Source of the DNA: a virus
Taxonomy: Duplodnaviria; Caudoviricetes
Reading direction: 5' to 3' (one strand)
Length of the DNA stretch: 64,000 bases
IMG/VR virus record: IMGVR_UViG_3300032247_000914
Coordinates: 7,084 to 71,083 of that record
Below the pieces are notes generated by a model. The model saw only the letters and a list, made by a program, of their open reading frames with translations. It searched no databases and was not told the origin of the DNA. Every line of letters begins with the position of its first letter. The stretch's first letter is position 1. Made by a program: the position numbers and the translations under genes. Positions 30,652 to 40,515 of the stretch are shown here, in pieces.

Positions 30652-31410
30652 TTACCTTGGTGCGAATTCTTGCTGTAGTTTAATATTATCAAAAAACTCT
30701 TTCTTGGCACCTGGATCAGTTTTAAACGATCCTGTGAGTACTGTAGTTTGTGTCAGGCTAGAGTGTGCCATAATGCCACGGTTCTCACAGCATCCATGTA
30801 CTGCTTGAATATAGACTGCTACATTTTCGCTATCAGTTGCCTTACTAATTTCTCTAGCAATGTCATTACACAGTTCTTCTTGTAATGTGCCACGACGAGC
30901 ACACCACTGAGCAATGCGAGTGTACTTAGAGAGACCAATGAGTTTATTAGCGGCAATAATACCAATATAAGCAACGCCAGATACTGGTTGGTGATGATGT
31001 GAACACATACTACGAAGCTCAGAACGAACCACAAGCATACCCTCATACCGGTCTGCCGAATCATTTGGAAATGATGTTGCGTCTGGTGCTTGTTCATATC
31101 TACCTGCCATTATTTCATTGTAATACATTTTAGCAAGGCGGCGTGCTGTGCCTCGACTATTAGGATCGTTTTCTCGATCAATGAGCAAACGATCAAGTAC
31201 CAGTTCAAATGCTTCTGTAGCTTCTTCAATTAGTTTTGCTTTATCTTGTTCACTGACATAGTCGCTAATGTTGTCGCCTGCCCAAAAACGTTTACCTTCA
31301 CGTTTCATTTTAAAACGAAGATAGTCGCCAAGATAGCCTTCTTCATACCCGCCATCGCCTGCCATGGCGTCCAAGCCTGTTTCATTTTTATAAGTTTTAG
31401 ATTCAGTCAT
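30652..31410 (-). CDS. folE: GTP cyclohydrolase I
   Basis: SMCSHH, GLSKYTR, LQEEL, HGCCENRG. Confidence 0.92.
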   Translation of the reverse strand: MTESKTYKNETGLDAMAGDGGYEEGYLGDYLRFKMKREGKRFWAGDNISDYVSEQDKAKLIEEATEAFELVLDRLLIDRENDPNSRGTARRLAKMYYNEIMAGRYEQAPDATSFPNDSADRYEGMLVVRSELRSMCSHHHQPVSGVAYIGIIAANKLIGLSKYTRIAQWCARRGTLQEELCNDIAREISKATDSENVAVYIQAVHGCCENRGIMAHSSLTQTTVLTGSFKTDPGAKKEFFDNIKLQQEFAPR

Positions 31411-31438
31411 TATTACTCCATTCATTTATAATACAATA

Positions 31439-32377
31439 TTATTTAGGTTCTGTCAAGCGGAGCATGGTATTTTTCTTAACTGCGGCATCCAAAATATTTA
31501 ATGGTACACCTTGTTGTTCAGCAAACTTTAACAATGCGCTGGTATCTTTGGGGAAACAAGCTCCACCAAACCCTAGTTGACCATCTGGTCCTGGAACCAT
31601 CATGTGGCTGTTGCCAATGCGTTTGTCTGCCTTGATCATGTGGGCAATTTTATTATAATCCAATCCGCATTTATCGGCCAGCTGTTTTAGTTCGTTCATG
31701 AAGATAACTTTGGTACTCATAAAACAGTTAATAGCGTACTTAGCCAAACTGGCCTCACCAATAGTACAATATGATACATGATTTAAATCTTGTTGTCCCA
31801 GTCTAATCAGACGTTCAGCTTCGCGTTTGTATGCCATGACTCGCCCACCAATAATAGCAAATGATCCGGTAGCATAATCTTTAACAGCATTGGCCGCAGT
31901 CAAAAACTCCGGGGCATGAACTAGATTGGGATATTTTAAATTTAATTGTTCATAAACATCTGGCGGCGCTGTACACTTGCTGATAACAACCCCGTGATAA
32001 CTCATGCGTGATAATTTTTCTAAAACATCTTCTAGTATGCTAACATCGCAGGTGCCGTCATCATCTTGCGGAGTTGGTACACAGACAAATACACCATCAC
32101 AATTTTCTAAATCTTTGTATGAGTGATGGCTTTTTTTTGGGTTATTGTCAATCAATCGTAGACTACATTTAATGTCCATTGCTTCTTTGATAGCATTGCC
32201 TACGAATCCCAATCCAATAATTCCAATTGTAGCTTCGTGTGGAAAATTATACGAAGCTCCACCCAATGTGCCAGGCATCTTTATGGTGACTGATTGTGGC
32301 GAGGTTAACGATTGTATTTGTGCTGTGGTCAATGCGCCGAGTGTGCCGATATTTAAATTTCCGTGACTATTAGTCAT
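31439..32377 (-). CDS. UDP-glucose/GDP-mannose dehydrogenase family
   Basis: GLGFVG, CVPTP, PEFL, GFGGACFPKD. Confidence 0.88.
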   Translation of the reverse strand: MTNSHGNLNIGTLGALTTAQIQSLTSPQSVTIKMPGTLGGASYNFPHEATIGIIGLGFVGNAIKEAMDIKCSLRLIDNNPKKSHHSYKDLENCDGVFVCVPTPQDDDGTCDVSILEDVLEKLSRMSYHGVVISKCTAPPDVYEQLNLKYPNLVHAPEFLTAANAVKDYATGSFAIIGGRVMAYKREAERLIRLGQQDLNHVSYCTIGEASLAKYAINCFMSTKVIFMNELKQLADKCGLDYNKIAHMIKADKRIGNSHMMVPGPDGQLGFGGACFPKDTSALLKFAEQQGVPLNILDAAVKKNTMLRLTEPK

Positions 32378-32606
32378 TGGTTAATCCCATAAAAATATAT
32401 TCTTTTTCTGTTACATGAGCAACAGGTTTCAACCATCCACGATCAATACAAGTCTGTAGTATTTGTAAATGATTGTATGGACAATCTTTACTAATATCAA
32501 ATCCTGCCCTAGGTGTTACAGTAAAATCTCCCTTGATAAGGAAATTTTTATCACCAGGCTTGATAGTTTTAGTGTTTGCTTTTGCTATTGTGAATTTTAT
32601 ATCCAT
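32370..32606 (-). CDS. Hypothetical protein
   Basis: 78 aa ORF. Confidence 0.55.
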   Translation of the reverse strand: MDIKFTIAKANTKTIKPGDKNFLIKGDFTVTPRAGFDISKDCPYNHLQILQTCIDRGWLKPVAHVTEKEYIFMGLTND

Positions 32607-32636
32607 ACGCTATATTAACATAGCGCATGGAAAATG

Positions 32637-33371
32637 TCAACGGTGTATCCAGTCTTTTGATTGAAAAGGTTTAGACACTTGACTACGACTTAGGTAATAT
32701 ATACATCGTTTTTTAATACGTCTACACACCCGATGGTCACTGTCCCAATTAAATGCTTTGAGGTAATAACGCCATGTATCATAACATCTGCGTTTGCCTC
32801 GTTGTGGTTCATCAAAGTATTTGACGATTTGATTCATATCTCCATTAAATTTTTCATTCAATTCACAGGCCATATTAAATGCATAAGCATCTATTTCGTC
32901 AGGGTCTCCCAAGTACTCTTGTTCTACTCTCTGTTTGGTACTTTCAGCTGTGCTGTTGTATCCAGGTAAATTTTTAAATTTACGCTTACGTGCTTGCCTC
33001 ATATGAATTACTTCGTGAAGAATAACGTCTGCTATGCGGCCACATAATCGGTTAAATCTACGAGCGGTTATACAAATTTGACTGTCTTTTGTACTGTAAG
33101 CCATGCACAGCTCTATACTTTTTTGACGATTTTTGTCATAATCGGTATGATATATTCCGCCAACAAAAATATAAGTGGGAGTTACCTGCGGTTCTTTACT
33201 TTTACGGCTTCGAATAGGCATCCATTTTTTAATATGCCTTGTAAGTATAGTGTGAAATCTGTCTAAAGATAATGGTTGGTTGACAACTTCATCTTTAACA
33301 AGGAGGATCATAGATGTGATAGATTCCCTATCCCAGGCACCCCAATCGTATTTTGATACCGATTTAGACAT
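32637..33371 (-). CDS. Zincin-like protein (HEXXH)
   Basis: LHEVIHMRQ followed by EIDAYA. Confidence 0.6.
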   Translation of the reverse strand: MSKSVSKYDWGAWDRESITSMILLVKDEVVNQPLSLDRFHTILTRHIKKWMPIRSRKSKEPQVTPTYIFVGGIYHTDYDKNRQKSIELCMAYSTKDSQICITARRFNRLCGRIADVILHEVIHMRQARKRKFKNLPGYNSTAESTKQRVEQEYLGDPDEIDAYAFNMACELNEKFNGDMNQIVKYFDEPQRGKRRCYDTWRYYLKAFNWDSDHRVCRRIKKRCIYYLSRSQVSKPFQSKDWIHR

Positions 33372-33393
33372 GAAGTCTCCTAATAACTGTACA

Positions 33394-33401
33394 TATTTAT
33401 A
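33394..33401 (-). promoter_or_regulatory. T4-type late promoter
   Basis: TATAAATA upstream of the 33371 start. Confidence 0.6.
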
Positions 33402-33410
33402 ATTGTACAG

Positions 33411-34193
33411 TTATTCCCAATTTTCTCCTGTCCTAGAATTGTATTTTTTTGCCGGATCGTAGCGAGCAAATTGCTCATAATAGTGCGGCTCATCAGGCAA
33501 TACCCGTTTTCCGGTAAAATATTCACCAATATGGTTAATCAAATTTTTACCGTTTGAATTCTTCAAATGCCCGCTTCTCAGCCCTAATTCCATAAACAAT
33601 GCTTTACCAACCATGCCTTCATTGAAGTTAATATCTCCCCAATTGGTTTGCGGGAAGTTCTTTTTATAAAATGCGCTGTAGGGGAATTTAACACGTTCTA
33701 GGCTATATAAACTGGCCATGGGACTAAAATCAACTTTTTCAAACTCGTATCTATAGTTTTGAAAAATACGGTCGTTGTCTTTAGCGCTGGTTTCTGCTTC
33801 GTTTCCGTACCACTTTTGGCGTTTAAGCACAATTTGGCTGAGGCTGGGATCTTGTTGTAAAAGAGACACAAGATCCAACACTTTAATTGGCTCAAGTATT
33901 TCTACGTCATCTTCTTGATGCCATACGTAGTCATAGTTTCGGTCTCGTATCAAGTCCCAAAATTCAGTCCATGTAACACTCAGTCCACGGTTTTCGCGGT
34001 GTAGGTATACTTGATCGTAGCCAAATTTACGCACCAATTTGTCAATGAATAAATCATCCCTGCCCATGGGATAGTCGTCAATGAATACACTATCAACTTC
34101 ACACCCTTCCCAATTTAGGTATTGCTGGGATTTTAGTGTTCGAGTTAGATATTCAATCCGATTTGTGGAAAAGATTACTCGGCAGATTTTCAT
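33411..34193 (-). CDS. Glycosyltransferase-like (GT-A)
   Basis: FIDD, WHQEDD, HIG. Confidence 0.65.
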   Translation of the reverse strand: MKICRVIFSTNRIEYLTRTLKSQQYLNWEGCEVDSVFIDDYPMGRDDLFIDKLVRKFGYDQVYLHRENRGLSVTWTEFWDLIRDRNYDYVWHQEDDVEILEPIKVLDLVSLLQQDPSLSQIVLKRQKWYGNEAETSAKDNDRIFQNYRYEFEKVDFSPMASLYSLERVKFPYSAFYKKNFPQTNWGDINFNEGMVGKALFMELGLRSGHLKNSNGKNLINHIGEYFTGKRVLPDEPHYYEQFARYDPAKKYNSRTGENWE

Positions 34194-34741
34194 CCGTAGT
34201 GTGCTGTGTTAAAAAAGAATGTTTGGAATAAACGCCCATTTTCAAGATTATCACCAAAGTAGTCCAAACTGGCATGAAACATGTTGCCTCGATAAATTAC
34301 CAGTCTATTGTATTTGTTACCAATAGTGTCAAACAAATCCCATTTGGTGTAATCATATCCTTCATAATCCTGTGTGGATTTTTCATGTTCACCTGATGCT
34401 TTATGTCTGAACAATCCTGTTCCACCAGTGTGTGGAGCATCGGGAGTTAGATAACAAACGCCAGCCCACATATTGTTGTAGTCAGTGTGTATCCAGGTAC
34501 GGTCATTGGCAGTGGCTATTTGAAATGCGCCGGTATATCCGCTGTCCTCTAACCAGTTGGTAACTCCGCCAGCAAACCACATGACGTGATTGATCGCATC
34601 TTTAATGTCATGTGATAGATAGGGAGCAGTCCTTGCTCCAGGAAAATTTCCTCTAACTTCAAACGGTTGCTGTAACGCATAGCCTCGTACAGTATCCGGG
34701 CTAGAGTAGAAATCATCAATTATAATTACACTTGTTTTCAT
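34190..34741 (-). CDS. 2OG-Fe(II) oxygenase-like (DUF6445-type)
   Basis: IIDDFY..P, NFPG.R, IHTD, FHAS, RLFQ. Confidence 0.7.
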   Translation of the reverse strand: MKTSVIIIDDFYSSPDTVRGYALQQPFEVRGNFPGARTAPYLSHDIKDAINHVMWFAGGVTNWLEDSGYTGAFQIATANDRTWIHTDYNNMWAGVCYLTPDAPHTGGTGLFRHKASGEHEKSTQDYEGYDYTKWDLFDTIGNKYNRLVIYRGNMFHASLDYFGDNLENGRLFQTFFFNTAHYG

Positions 34742-35766
34742 GGCTTGTAAAAATTTAGGTCTTCTAGGTTTTTAAAATATTCGTCAAATCTATCATGTAC
34801 CACTTGGTCGCTACAGTTGTTAACAGCCCATTCTCTACAGGCTTTTTTGTCAATTCTATCAATATTGTTGATGGCAAATACAATATCTCTAAATGTACGG
34901 CAACGGAATCCCGTAAACCCATGTTGTACTGTTTCAGTAAATCCACCCCAATCAGTAGTAATAGCAGGCGTACCGCTCATAAATCCTTCTACAACCATGT
35001 TACCGAATGGCTCAACATAATAAGTTGGCCCAATAACAGCCTGTGCTTTACTCATTAATTTCTTACGCTGTTCAGCATTGCAAAGGCCAACTAGTGTGAC
35101 ATGACTGGGCACTTCGCCTGGTGGATACCCAAGTGAGGTTAAATCTCCAGGGCCGGCAATGATTAATTTTTTTCCAGTGGCTTCAGTGGCCTGTATAGCA
35201 AGGTGAACACCTTTGGTTTCTATCACACGACCAAAATATAAAAAGTAATCATCTTTATCTTCAGTGAATTCAAATTCTTCTGGAGTGATGGCATTGTAGA
35301 TAACACCGTCCCACCAATTTGGTGACATTAACATTCCACGCTCTCCGTAGAACATGTGCATGTGTGAGTAACTGGTAAACACTCTAAAGTCCGCAAACAC
35401 TGTATGAGTGGCGTATCCAATGCTGGGCTCTACAATTTTTAAATCACTGTTGGCTTCAGCCGCACCCTTGTTGGCAATGCCGTACATGCACACCACCATG
35501 TCTCCTGGTTGTTTACGAGCGGCAATTTCTTTACCAGCACGGTCATTGTAGACTACAACATTTACTTCAAGATTTTCATTTATAATGTCTAAACATTGAA
35601 CAGTCTCGCAGTCAACTTCAGTTCCAGGGACACTGTAGTGGATACACTTCCAACCTTTTTTGGTCATGTAGTGTATAAATTTCCATGTGCTAATGGCAAA
35701 CGGATCCATTCTGTTATTGAGGTTAACAGGACCATAGGGGTTTGATAAGATGTGTAATGTTGTCAT
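34738..35766 (-). CDS. Glycosyltransferase family 4 (GT-B)
   Basis: FGRVIETKG, EPFGNMVVEG, GTPAIT. Confidence 0.85.
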   Translation of the reverse strand: MTTLHILSNPYGPVNLNNRMDPFAISTWKFIHYMTKKGWKCIHYSVPGTEVDCETVQCLDIINENLEVNVVVYNDRAGKEIAARKQPGDMVVCMYGIANKGAAEANSDLKIVEPSIGYATHTVFADFRVFTSYSHMHMFYGERGMLMSPNWWDGVIYNAITPEEFEFTEDKDDYFLYFGRVIETKGVHLAIQATEATGKKLIIAGPGDLTSLGYPPGEVPSHVTLVGLCNAEQRKKLMSKAQAVIGPTYYVEPFGNMVVEGFMSGTPAITTDWGGFTETVQHGFTGFRCRTFRDIVFAINNIDRIDKKACREWAVNNCSDQVVHDRFDEYFKNLEDLNFYKP

Positions 35767-35798
35767 ATATCTTAATTATACTTTGTACGCAGTCAGGC

Positions 35799-35830
35799 CA
35801 AAAAAATAGGACACTCAAGTGTCCTATTTT
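35799..35830 (-). terminator. Intrinsic terminator
   Basis: ATAGGACAC/GTGTCCTAT hairpin with U tract. Confidence 0.75.
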
Positions 35831-36438
35831 CACATGGTAGGTCCGTTGCCGTTCCTAAACCCTGTTTCGCCGCCTTCATCATGAATGCGTTTGATAACAT
35901 CTTCAAACAAGATTGGCGCAAAGTCTGGAGTTTGTTCTACACAGACACAATGGTAACGAACATCGTTCTCATCACTGTATAAAATTTCACCAGTTCTAGC
36001 ATCTACTCCGCGAGCCTTTTTCACACGATTTGCGTGTAAATGTCCGTGAATGTTGACACCAAACCGACCTAAACTTGCTTCGTGTAAAGGAATATGACTC
36101 AAAATCATTCCGTCCATTACATGATAAGCTCTTAACTCACGGAAGTATTGTCTAAATTCGTCATCACGGAAAATGTCGTGGTTGCCACGGATCAAGACCT
36201 TGTCTCCGTTCAAGCGAGCCAATGTGGGCAATGCTCTGCGGTTAATAACCACATCGCCCAAATGGTAAACCTTATCCTCAGGACGAACACGTTCGTTCCA
36301 AGCCTTGACCATGGCTTCGTCCATTTCTTCTGGACTATCCCACGGCCTCAACTTTGTGACACCATCATTGCGAGTGAATTTACATACGCCCATGTGTCCA
36401 AAGTGAGTATCGCTAACTAAAAATACACTAGGCATCAT
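35830..36438 (-). CDS. Calcineurin-like metallophosphoesterase
   Basis: SDTH, GD, GNHD, HGHLH. Confidence 0.9.
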   Translation of the reverse strand: MMPSVFLVSDTHFGHMGVCKFTRNDGVTKLRPWDSPEEMDEAMVKAWNERVRPEDKVYHLGDVVINRRALPTLARLNGDKVLIRGNHDIFRDDEFRQYFRELRAYHVMDGMILSHIPLHEASLGRFGVNIHGHLHANRVKKARGVDARTGEILYSDENDVRYHCVCVEQTPDFAPILFEDVIKRIHDEGGETGFRNGNGPTM

Positions 36439-36674
36439 TCACTCCTTTCTTTTTTAACTCGACCAATACGGTCTTTTTTATTCCAATCATAGGCAATGCC
36501 GTCGGGACATAGACCATTCTTAATACTATCAACCCCAAACTTGCCTACAAATTCCATTCCGTCTGGACCACGAATAGTTACAAACTGTCCAAACGCTTTT
36601 GCTGTAGACATTGCTTTATCCAGCGAAGAACAACTAGCAAGAAGGAATTTTTCTTTTGTTAATACTTTATACAT
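36435..36674 (-). CDS. Hypothetical protein
   Basis: Start reassigned to MYKV. Confidence 0.55.
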   Translation of the reverse strand: MYKVLTKEKFLLASCSSLDKAMSTAKAFGQFVTIRGPDGMEFVGKFGVDSIKNGLCPDGIAYDWNKKDRIGRVKKERSE

Positions 36675-36705
36675 GCCATAATTATACAACCAAAACGCCA
36701 ATTTG

Positions 36706-36879
36706 TCAATAAACTTCTTTTGTAATTGTATATTCTTCAATGGGCCATTTGGCCTTGAACTCATCTGTCTTTACATATTCATTGTATGCTTTAGCATCAA
36801 AGAATACCTTGGTAAATTCTGTCTTGTAACTACCTTTTTTGGTTATTGTAAGATAAACGGATTTAGCTGTGCCTGCCAT
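36706..36879 (-). CDS. Hypothetical protein (57 aa)
   Basis: Missed by track; MAGTAKSVYLTI; GAAAGG upstream. Confidence 0.55.
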   Translation of the reverse strand: MAGTAKSVYLTITKKGSYKTEFTKVFFDAKAYNEYVKTDEFKAKWPIEEYTITKEVY

Positions 36880-36923
36880 TGAATGCCTTTCTTTGTTTAT
36901 TGAAATATTAAGTTAACAAAAGT

Positions 36924-37091
36924 TTAGTGAACTGATTCTTTCGCATCTACTTCACATTCTACTACCCAGTTATTAAACTCAGTAAATTTATTTACTTCAA
37001 CGCCTAGTCCTACAGCTTCATGTACAAAATGTTTTAACAACGCATTGTACAGTTCATCAGGCATGGTTTCTTTACTAAATTGAATTTTCAT
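36924..37091 (-). CDS. Hypothetical protein (55 aa)
   Basis: Missed by track; ATGA-coupled MKIQFSKE. Confidence 0.5.
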   Translation of the reverse strand: MKIQFSKETMPDELYNALLKHFVHEAVGLGVEVNKFTEFNNWVVECEVDAKESVH

Positions 37092-37582
37092 ATATCACCT
37101 TCATAATTTTTAGGAACAATCAACCCAGAGTCAAGCGTCACACCGTTGATAGTGTGAGGCTCGTTCTCATCATAAGTCCAACCCAAAGCCTTCATCATGC
37201 GATGCTTGACCAACAAGTTAGGACTACGAAATACCTCAGTATCGTCAAAGCCCAGCATCACACCAACTTCGCATACCGCACCGCTACGGCATACACCTGC
37301 CACACAGTGAACAACGACATTCATTCTGTTTTCAAGAGCGTGTTGTAGCAAGCCAACTAACTCTCCGGCCTGCTCATGGCTACACCGCATTGCTTCTTCT
37401 AGTACTTCATCTTTTTCTTCAACATCAAGGAACTCAAACTGATGAGTCTCTTTGAACTTGTGCATGGGAGTAGGGAAGGGCATTGCTGGATCAACAATTT
37501 GAATCAGCATACTATTCTCGCCAGCATTGTGATGACGACCTTTTGGGATATCGCCTAGAGATACATTTTCAATCCATGGCAT
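37088..37582 (-). CDS. Dual-specificity/tyrosine phosphatase-like
   Basis: HCVAGVCRS CX5R. Confidence 0.85.
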   Translation of the reverse strand: MPWIENVSLGDIPKGRHHNAGENSMLIQIVDPAMPFPTPMHKFKETHQFEFLDVEEKDEVLEEAMRCSHEQAGELVGLLQHALENRMNVVVHCVAGVCRSGAVCEVGVMLGFDDTEVFRSPNLLVKHRMMKALGWTYDENEPHTINGVTLDSGLIVPKNYEGDI

Positions 37583-37603
37583 AATTTTAACCTTTATAAA
37601 AAA

Positions 37604-37717
37604 CTACGCCCCGTCTGTTCCGGGGTGTCACCACTAAGAGTTGTACTGTTACTTGCCCTAGGGGTTAGGCGCCTACCCTAGCGACTCATACTGAGGTTTG
37701 TGGGTTGCTCGCTGTAC
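37604..37717 (-). ncRNA. Candidate structured intergenic RNA
   Basis: GC-rich stacked hairpins in AT-rich context. Confidence 0.3.
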
Positions 37718-38035
37718 TTACATTAATGACCAAACTTTACCGCCAGCATCACGATAATAATCATCGTTGGCATTGACAGCAGTTTCTTCATTGTCCACCG
37801 GATCTTTTACAAACCACTGTGTGTTACCTGCGTTTTGGTAAGCATAGATAGTACCCACAGTAGCAACCAAATTACCTGGTTGTGAATTGTCAGTTGTTGT
37901 GGTAGTAACTGTTGTAGTAGTTACCGTTTCTTCATCATTAAAATCATCATAAATCACAGGGTCACTCCTACGGTTAACGGCTACTACGAGAGCCACGATT
38001 AGCAAAATAAAAAATGTTACAATAAGAAAAGTCAT
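37718..38035 (-). CDS. Membrane-anchored hypothetical protein
   Basis: N-terminal TM, Thr-rich linker. Confidence 0.6.
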   Translation of the reverse strand: MTFLIVTFFILLIVALVVAVNRRSDPVIYDDFNDEETVTTTTVTTTTTDNSQPGNLVATVGTIYAYQNAGNTQWFVKDPVDNEETAVNANDDYYRDAGGKVWSLM

Positions 38036-38728
38036 TTAAAGAACTCCAATAATAAACAAAAACAACAAAACACATACAATACCAAGTACAATCATACCTG
38101 CAATTTCCCAATTACTAGGACCTGCTTTTTCAAGCACCACAGGTGGTGTTGGTGAATTCTGATATTGTACAGCATCAGTAGGTGCTGGCTGTGCTACCAT
38201 GCCACCATTGACTGGTGTAAACACGCCGTTTTGATAAACTCCAACTTGGTAGCCCTGTTGATTAACAACCCGGCCATCTGGATAAAGCAACGCATTACCA
38301 TTATAGGCACCACCACCAGAATATACAACGGTATTGTGTGGATGTAGCATATTACCAATAATCAAACCAGTTAATAGTCCGTTGGTGTAACCAAACCCCA
38401 TGCCCATGCCACCATACATCATGGGCGCACTTGCGTAACCTCCACCAGCGGTTCTGCGTGTCATTGTAGTGGTGGATGTAGTGGTAGTTGTCTGCCTTGG
38501 AGCAGCCGCAGGCGGAGCACTGAAGCTACCTTTTTGAGCTGTCGGGGGTGCTGCCGGAGCACTAAAACTACCTTTGCTAGGGCTAGGAGAACTTGGTGCG
38601 CTAAAACTACGACCGCCTCCACCAGAACTAACACTGTGTCCACCACCGCCTCCACCACCGCCAGGTTTAGCATCAACTGTGCCACTTAGGGCAACGCCAA
38701 TCATAATTGCTAACAGTATTTTTTTCAT
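38036..38728 (-). CDS. Gly/Ser/Pro-rich secreted membrane protein
   Basis: Signal peptide, low complexity, C-terminal TM. Confidence 0.65.
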   Translation of the reverse strand: MKKILLAIMIGVALSGTVDAKPGGGGGGGGHSVSSGGGGRSFSAPSSPSPSKGSFSAPAAPPTAQKGSFSAPPAAAPRQTTTTTSTTTMTRRTAGGGYASAPMMYGGMGMGFGYTNGLLTGLIIGNMLHPHNTVVYSGGGAYNGNALLYPDGRVVNQQGYQVGVYQNGVFTPVNGGMVAQPAPTDAVQYQNSPTPPVVLEKAGPSNWEIAGMIVLGIVCVLLFLFIIGVL

Positions 38729-38795
38729 ATATCCTCTATTGATTAACAAATATTATTGTACATGATTAATGGGGAGACGTCAATCTCCCCATTGC

Positions 38796-39887
38796 TCAAA
38801 AAGCATCAAAATAGCTGTAGTTCTTTTCTTGAACCTTGCTCAGTACCAATTGGATACCATCTGGATTGGCAAAAACAAACTTACCAGTTTGGCTGTCAAT
38901 CTTCTTGATATCACCTGGATAAAATTTGATAGTACCCCAGTTCCAATCCAAATCGCCGTCTTCGTCTGCTTCGTCATCGTATTCCTTGATGTGGACATTG
39001 ACTTGACCTTGTAGTGGGTTACCATTCCAGTTAGCAGTTTCCAAATCGTCGGCTTTGACTTCTTCACCATTACGGATAACTTTCATGGTGAACTGGTTGC
39101 CAGCATCAAACTCTGGTTTGACGTTCAACATACGCAGAGCATCTTCTGGTGCTTCGTCGTAACGGTTCATTTCTTCAACAGTGGCTTTGAGCATGTCAAA
39201 GTTGAACTGAGCAAACAAAGCCGCAATTTGGCACAGCTTTTCAGTGTGCTTCTTTAGCTCTGGCTTCAAGTTGTCTGTACAGTATTCTGTAATGAAGTTG
39301 GCATCCAAGCCCTTGTAGTCCAGCATGTAGAACAAGCGTCCAGGACGGTTACGCATGTGTTGATCCACACGCCACTTGTCGTTACAGGTAAGCACAAACA
39401 GTTTCTTAGAAGGAAACACGCCGTCCAACAGGGTCAAGGCCTTCTCTTGATCCTCGCTGTCGTAGACCTTTTCAAACTCGTCAAACAACACCATACAGGG
39501 TTGTTCAATCATTTGCATAAAGGCATTGAATTTGTCACCCACCCAAGGTGCGTTGATAACAATACAGGGAATACCCAAACGTTTGGCTCCCTCAATGGCC
39601 AAATTCTTGGCCAATAGCGACTTGCCTGACCCTTTTTCGCCTGCCAGCATGACGCCTGTTGATGCTGTACGATCCATGAATGTGTTCAAAATACGGTCAG
39701 TGTTCTTGTCCAGATCACCGTAGCGTTTGCCTTTAATTTCAAACGATTCAATGTGTTCGAGGTACAACGGGCCATCCATGGGCATTTCTTTGACCACATA
39801 GTTACCTGCAGGCAACTGCTCGTGTAGATCCATTGCTTCCTTGGTAGAAACTCGAAATGTGTTGCCTGATTTCAAAAAGTATGACAT
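38796..39887 (-). CDS. AAA+ ATPase
   Basis: GEKGSGKS, VLFDEFEK, RPGR. Confidence 0.88.
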   Translation of the reverse strand: MSYFLKSGNTFRVSTKEAMDLHEQLPAGNYVVKEMPMDGPLYLEHIESFEIKGKRYGDLDKNTDRILNTFMDRTASTGVMLAGEKGSGKSLLAKNLAIEGAKRLGIPCIVINAPWVGDKFNAFMQMIEQPCMVLFDEFEKVYDSEDQEKALTLLDGVFPSKKLFVLTCNDKWRVDQHMRNRPGRLFYMLDYKGLDANFITEYCTDNLKPELKKHTEKLCQIAALFAQFNFDMLKATVEEMNRYDEAPEDALRMLNVKPEFDAGNQFTMKVIRNGEEVKADDLETANWNGNPLQGQVNVHIKEYDDEADEDGDLDWNWGTIKFYPGDIKKIDSQTGKFVFANPDGIQLVLSKVQEKNYSYFDAF

Positions 39888-39924
39888 TGCGTAAATCTTT
39901 TAATGTAGTGTTTGTATGTGTTAA

Positions 39925-39953
39925 ATTATAGCATTGACCCAGGGAAAAGTCAA
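39925..39953 (-). promoter_or_regulatory. sigma70-type promoter
   Basis: TTGACT-17-TATAAT. Confidence 0.8.
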
Positions 39954-40054
39954 CTAGCCATCAAAATAAAAAAAGCCAACATAACCCCTAGAAATGGATG
40001 TCCAAACAAGACTAGTGCTATGACAGCGGCCCAACCATAAAAGTTATCGTTCAT
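39950..40054 (-). CDS. Small membrane peptide (34 aa)
   Basis: ATGA-coupled MNDNFYGWAAVIALVLFGHPFLGVMLAFFILMAS. Confidence 0.45.
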   Translation of the reverse strand: MNDNFYGWAAVIALVLFGHPFLGVMLAFFILMAS

Positions 40055-40515
40055 ACTGCTATCCAAATTTCTTTAAATCCTTCTTCCAAAGTGGGCTCAT
40101 CCCAACCAGCAATCATGCCGTTGATCACACTTTGCGGAATCTCTTTGCCTGGACGGTTCTTCAAACGAATGGCCAGTTCCAACGGGTCAGGAGTCCTAAA
40201 CACCACAGCAATATGTTCATAGTCGGGCAACATGTTAAACTTACGAGCTCGACTAACAAGAGTCGTGCTAGTTTGGTCCCAGATTATGGTATGACCCAGT
40301 GTACGGGCTCTAACCACCTGTTCGGCCATTAGATTGACTGCTGTGGGCATGTAGTCTACAAACACTTCCGAGTAGGTCTTGCCTTGTGATCTAGCATAGT
40401 CTTCCACAAACGCATCTGTAGAGACCACGGTCAATCCCAACGCCCAGTCTTGGTTTTTAATCCAAGTACTTTTTCCCGAACCCGGAACTCCCACTAATTG
40501 ATAACACTTAGGCAT
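40051..40515 (-). CDS. P-loop kinase, polynucleotide-kinase-like (AAA_33)
   Basis: GVPGSGKST, VSTD, WDQT, R...RPGK.IP..VI. Confidence 0.8.
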   Translation of the reverse strand: MPKCYQLVGVPGSGKSTWIKNQDWALGLTVVSTDAFVEDYARSQGKTYSEVFVDYMPTAVNLMAEQVVRARTLGHTIIWDQTSTTLVSRARKFNMLPDYEHIAVVFRTPDPLELAIRLKNRPGKEIPQSVINGMIAGWDEPTLEEGFKEIWIAV

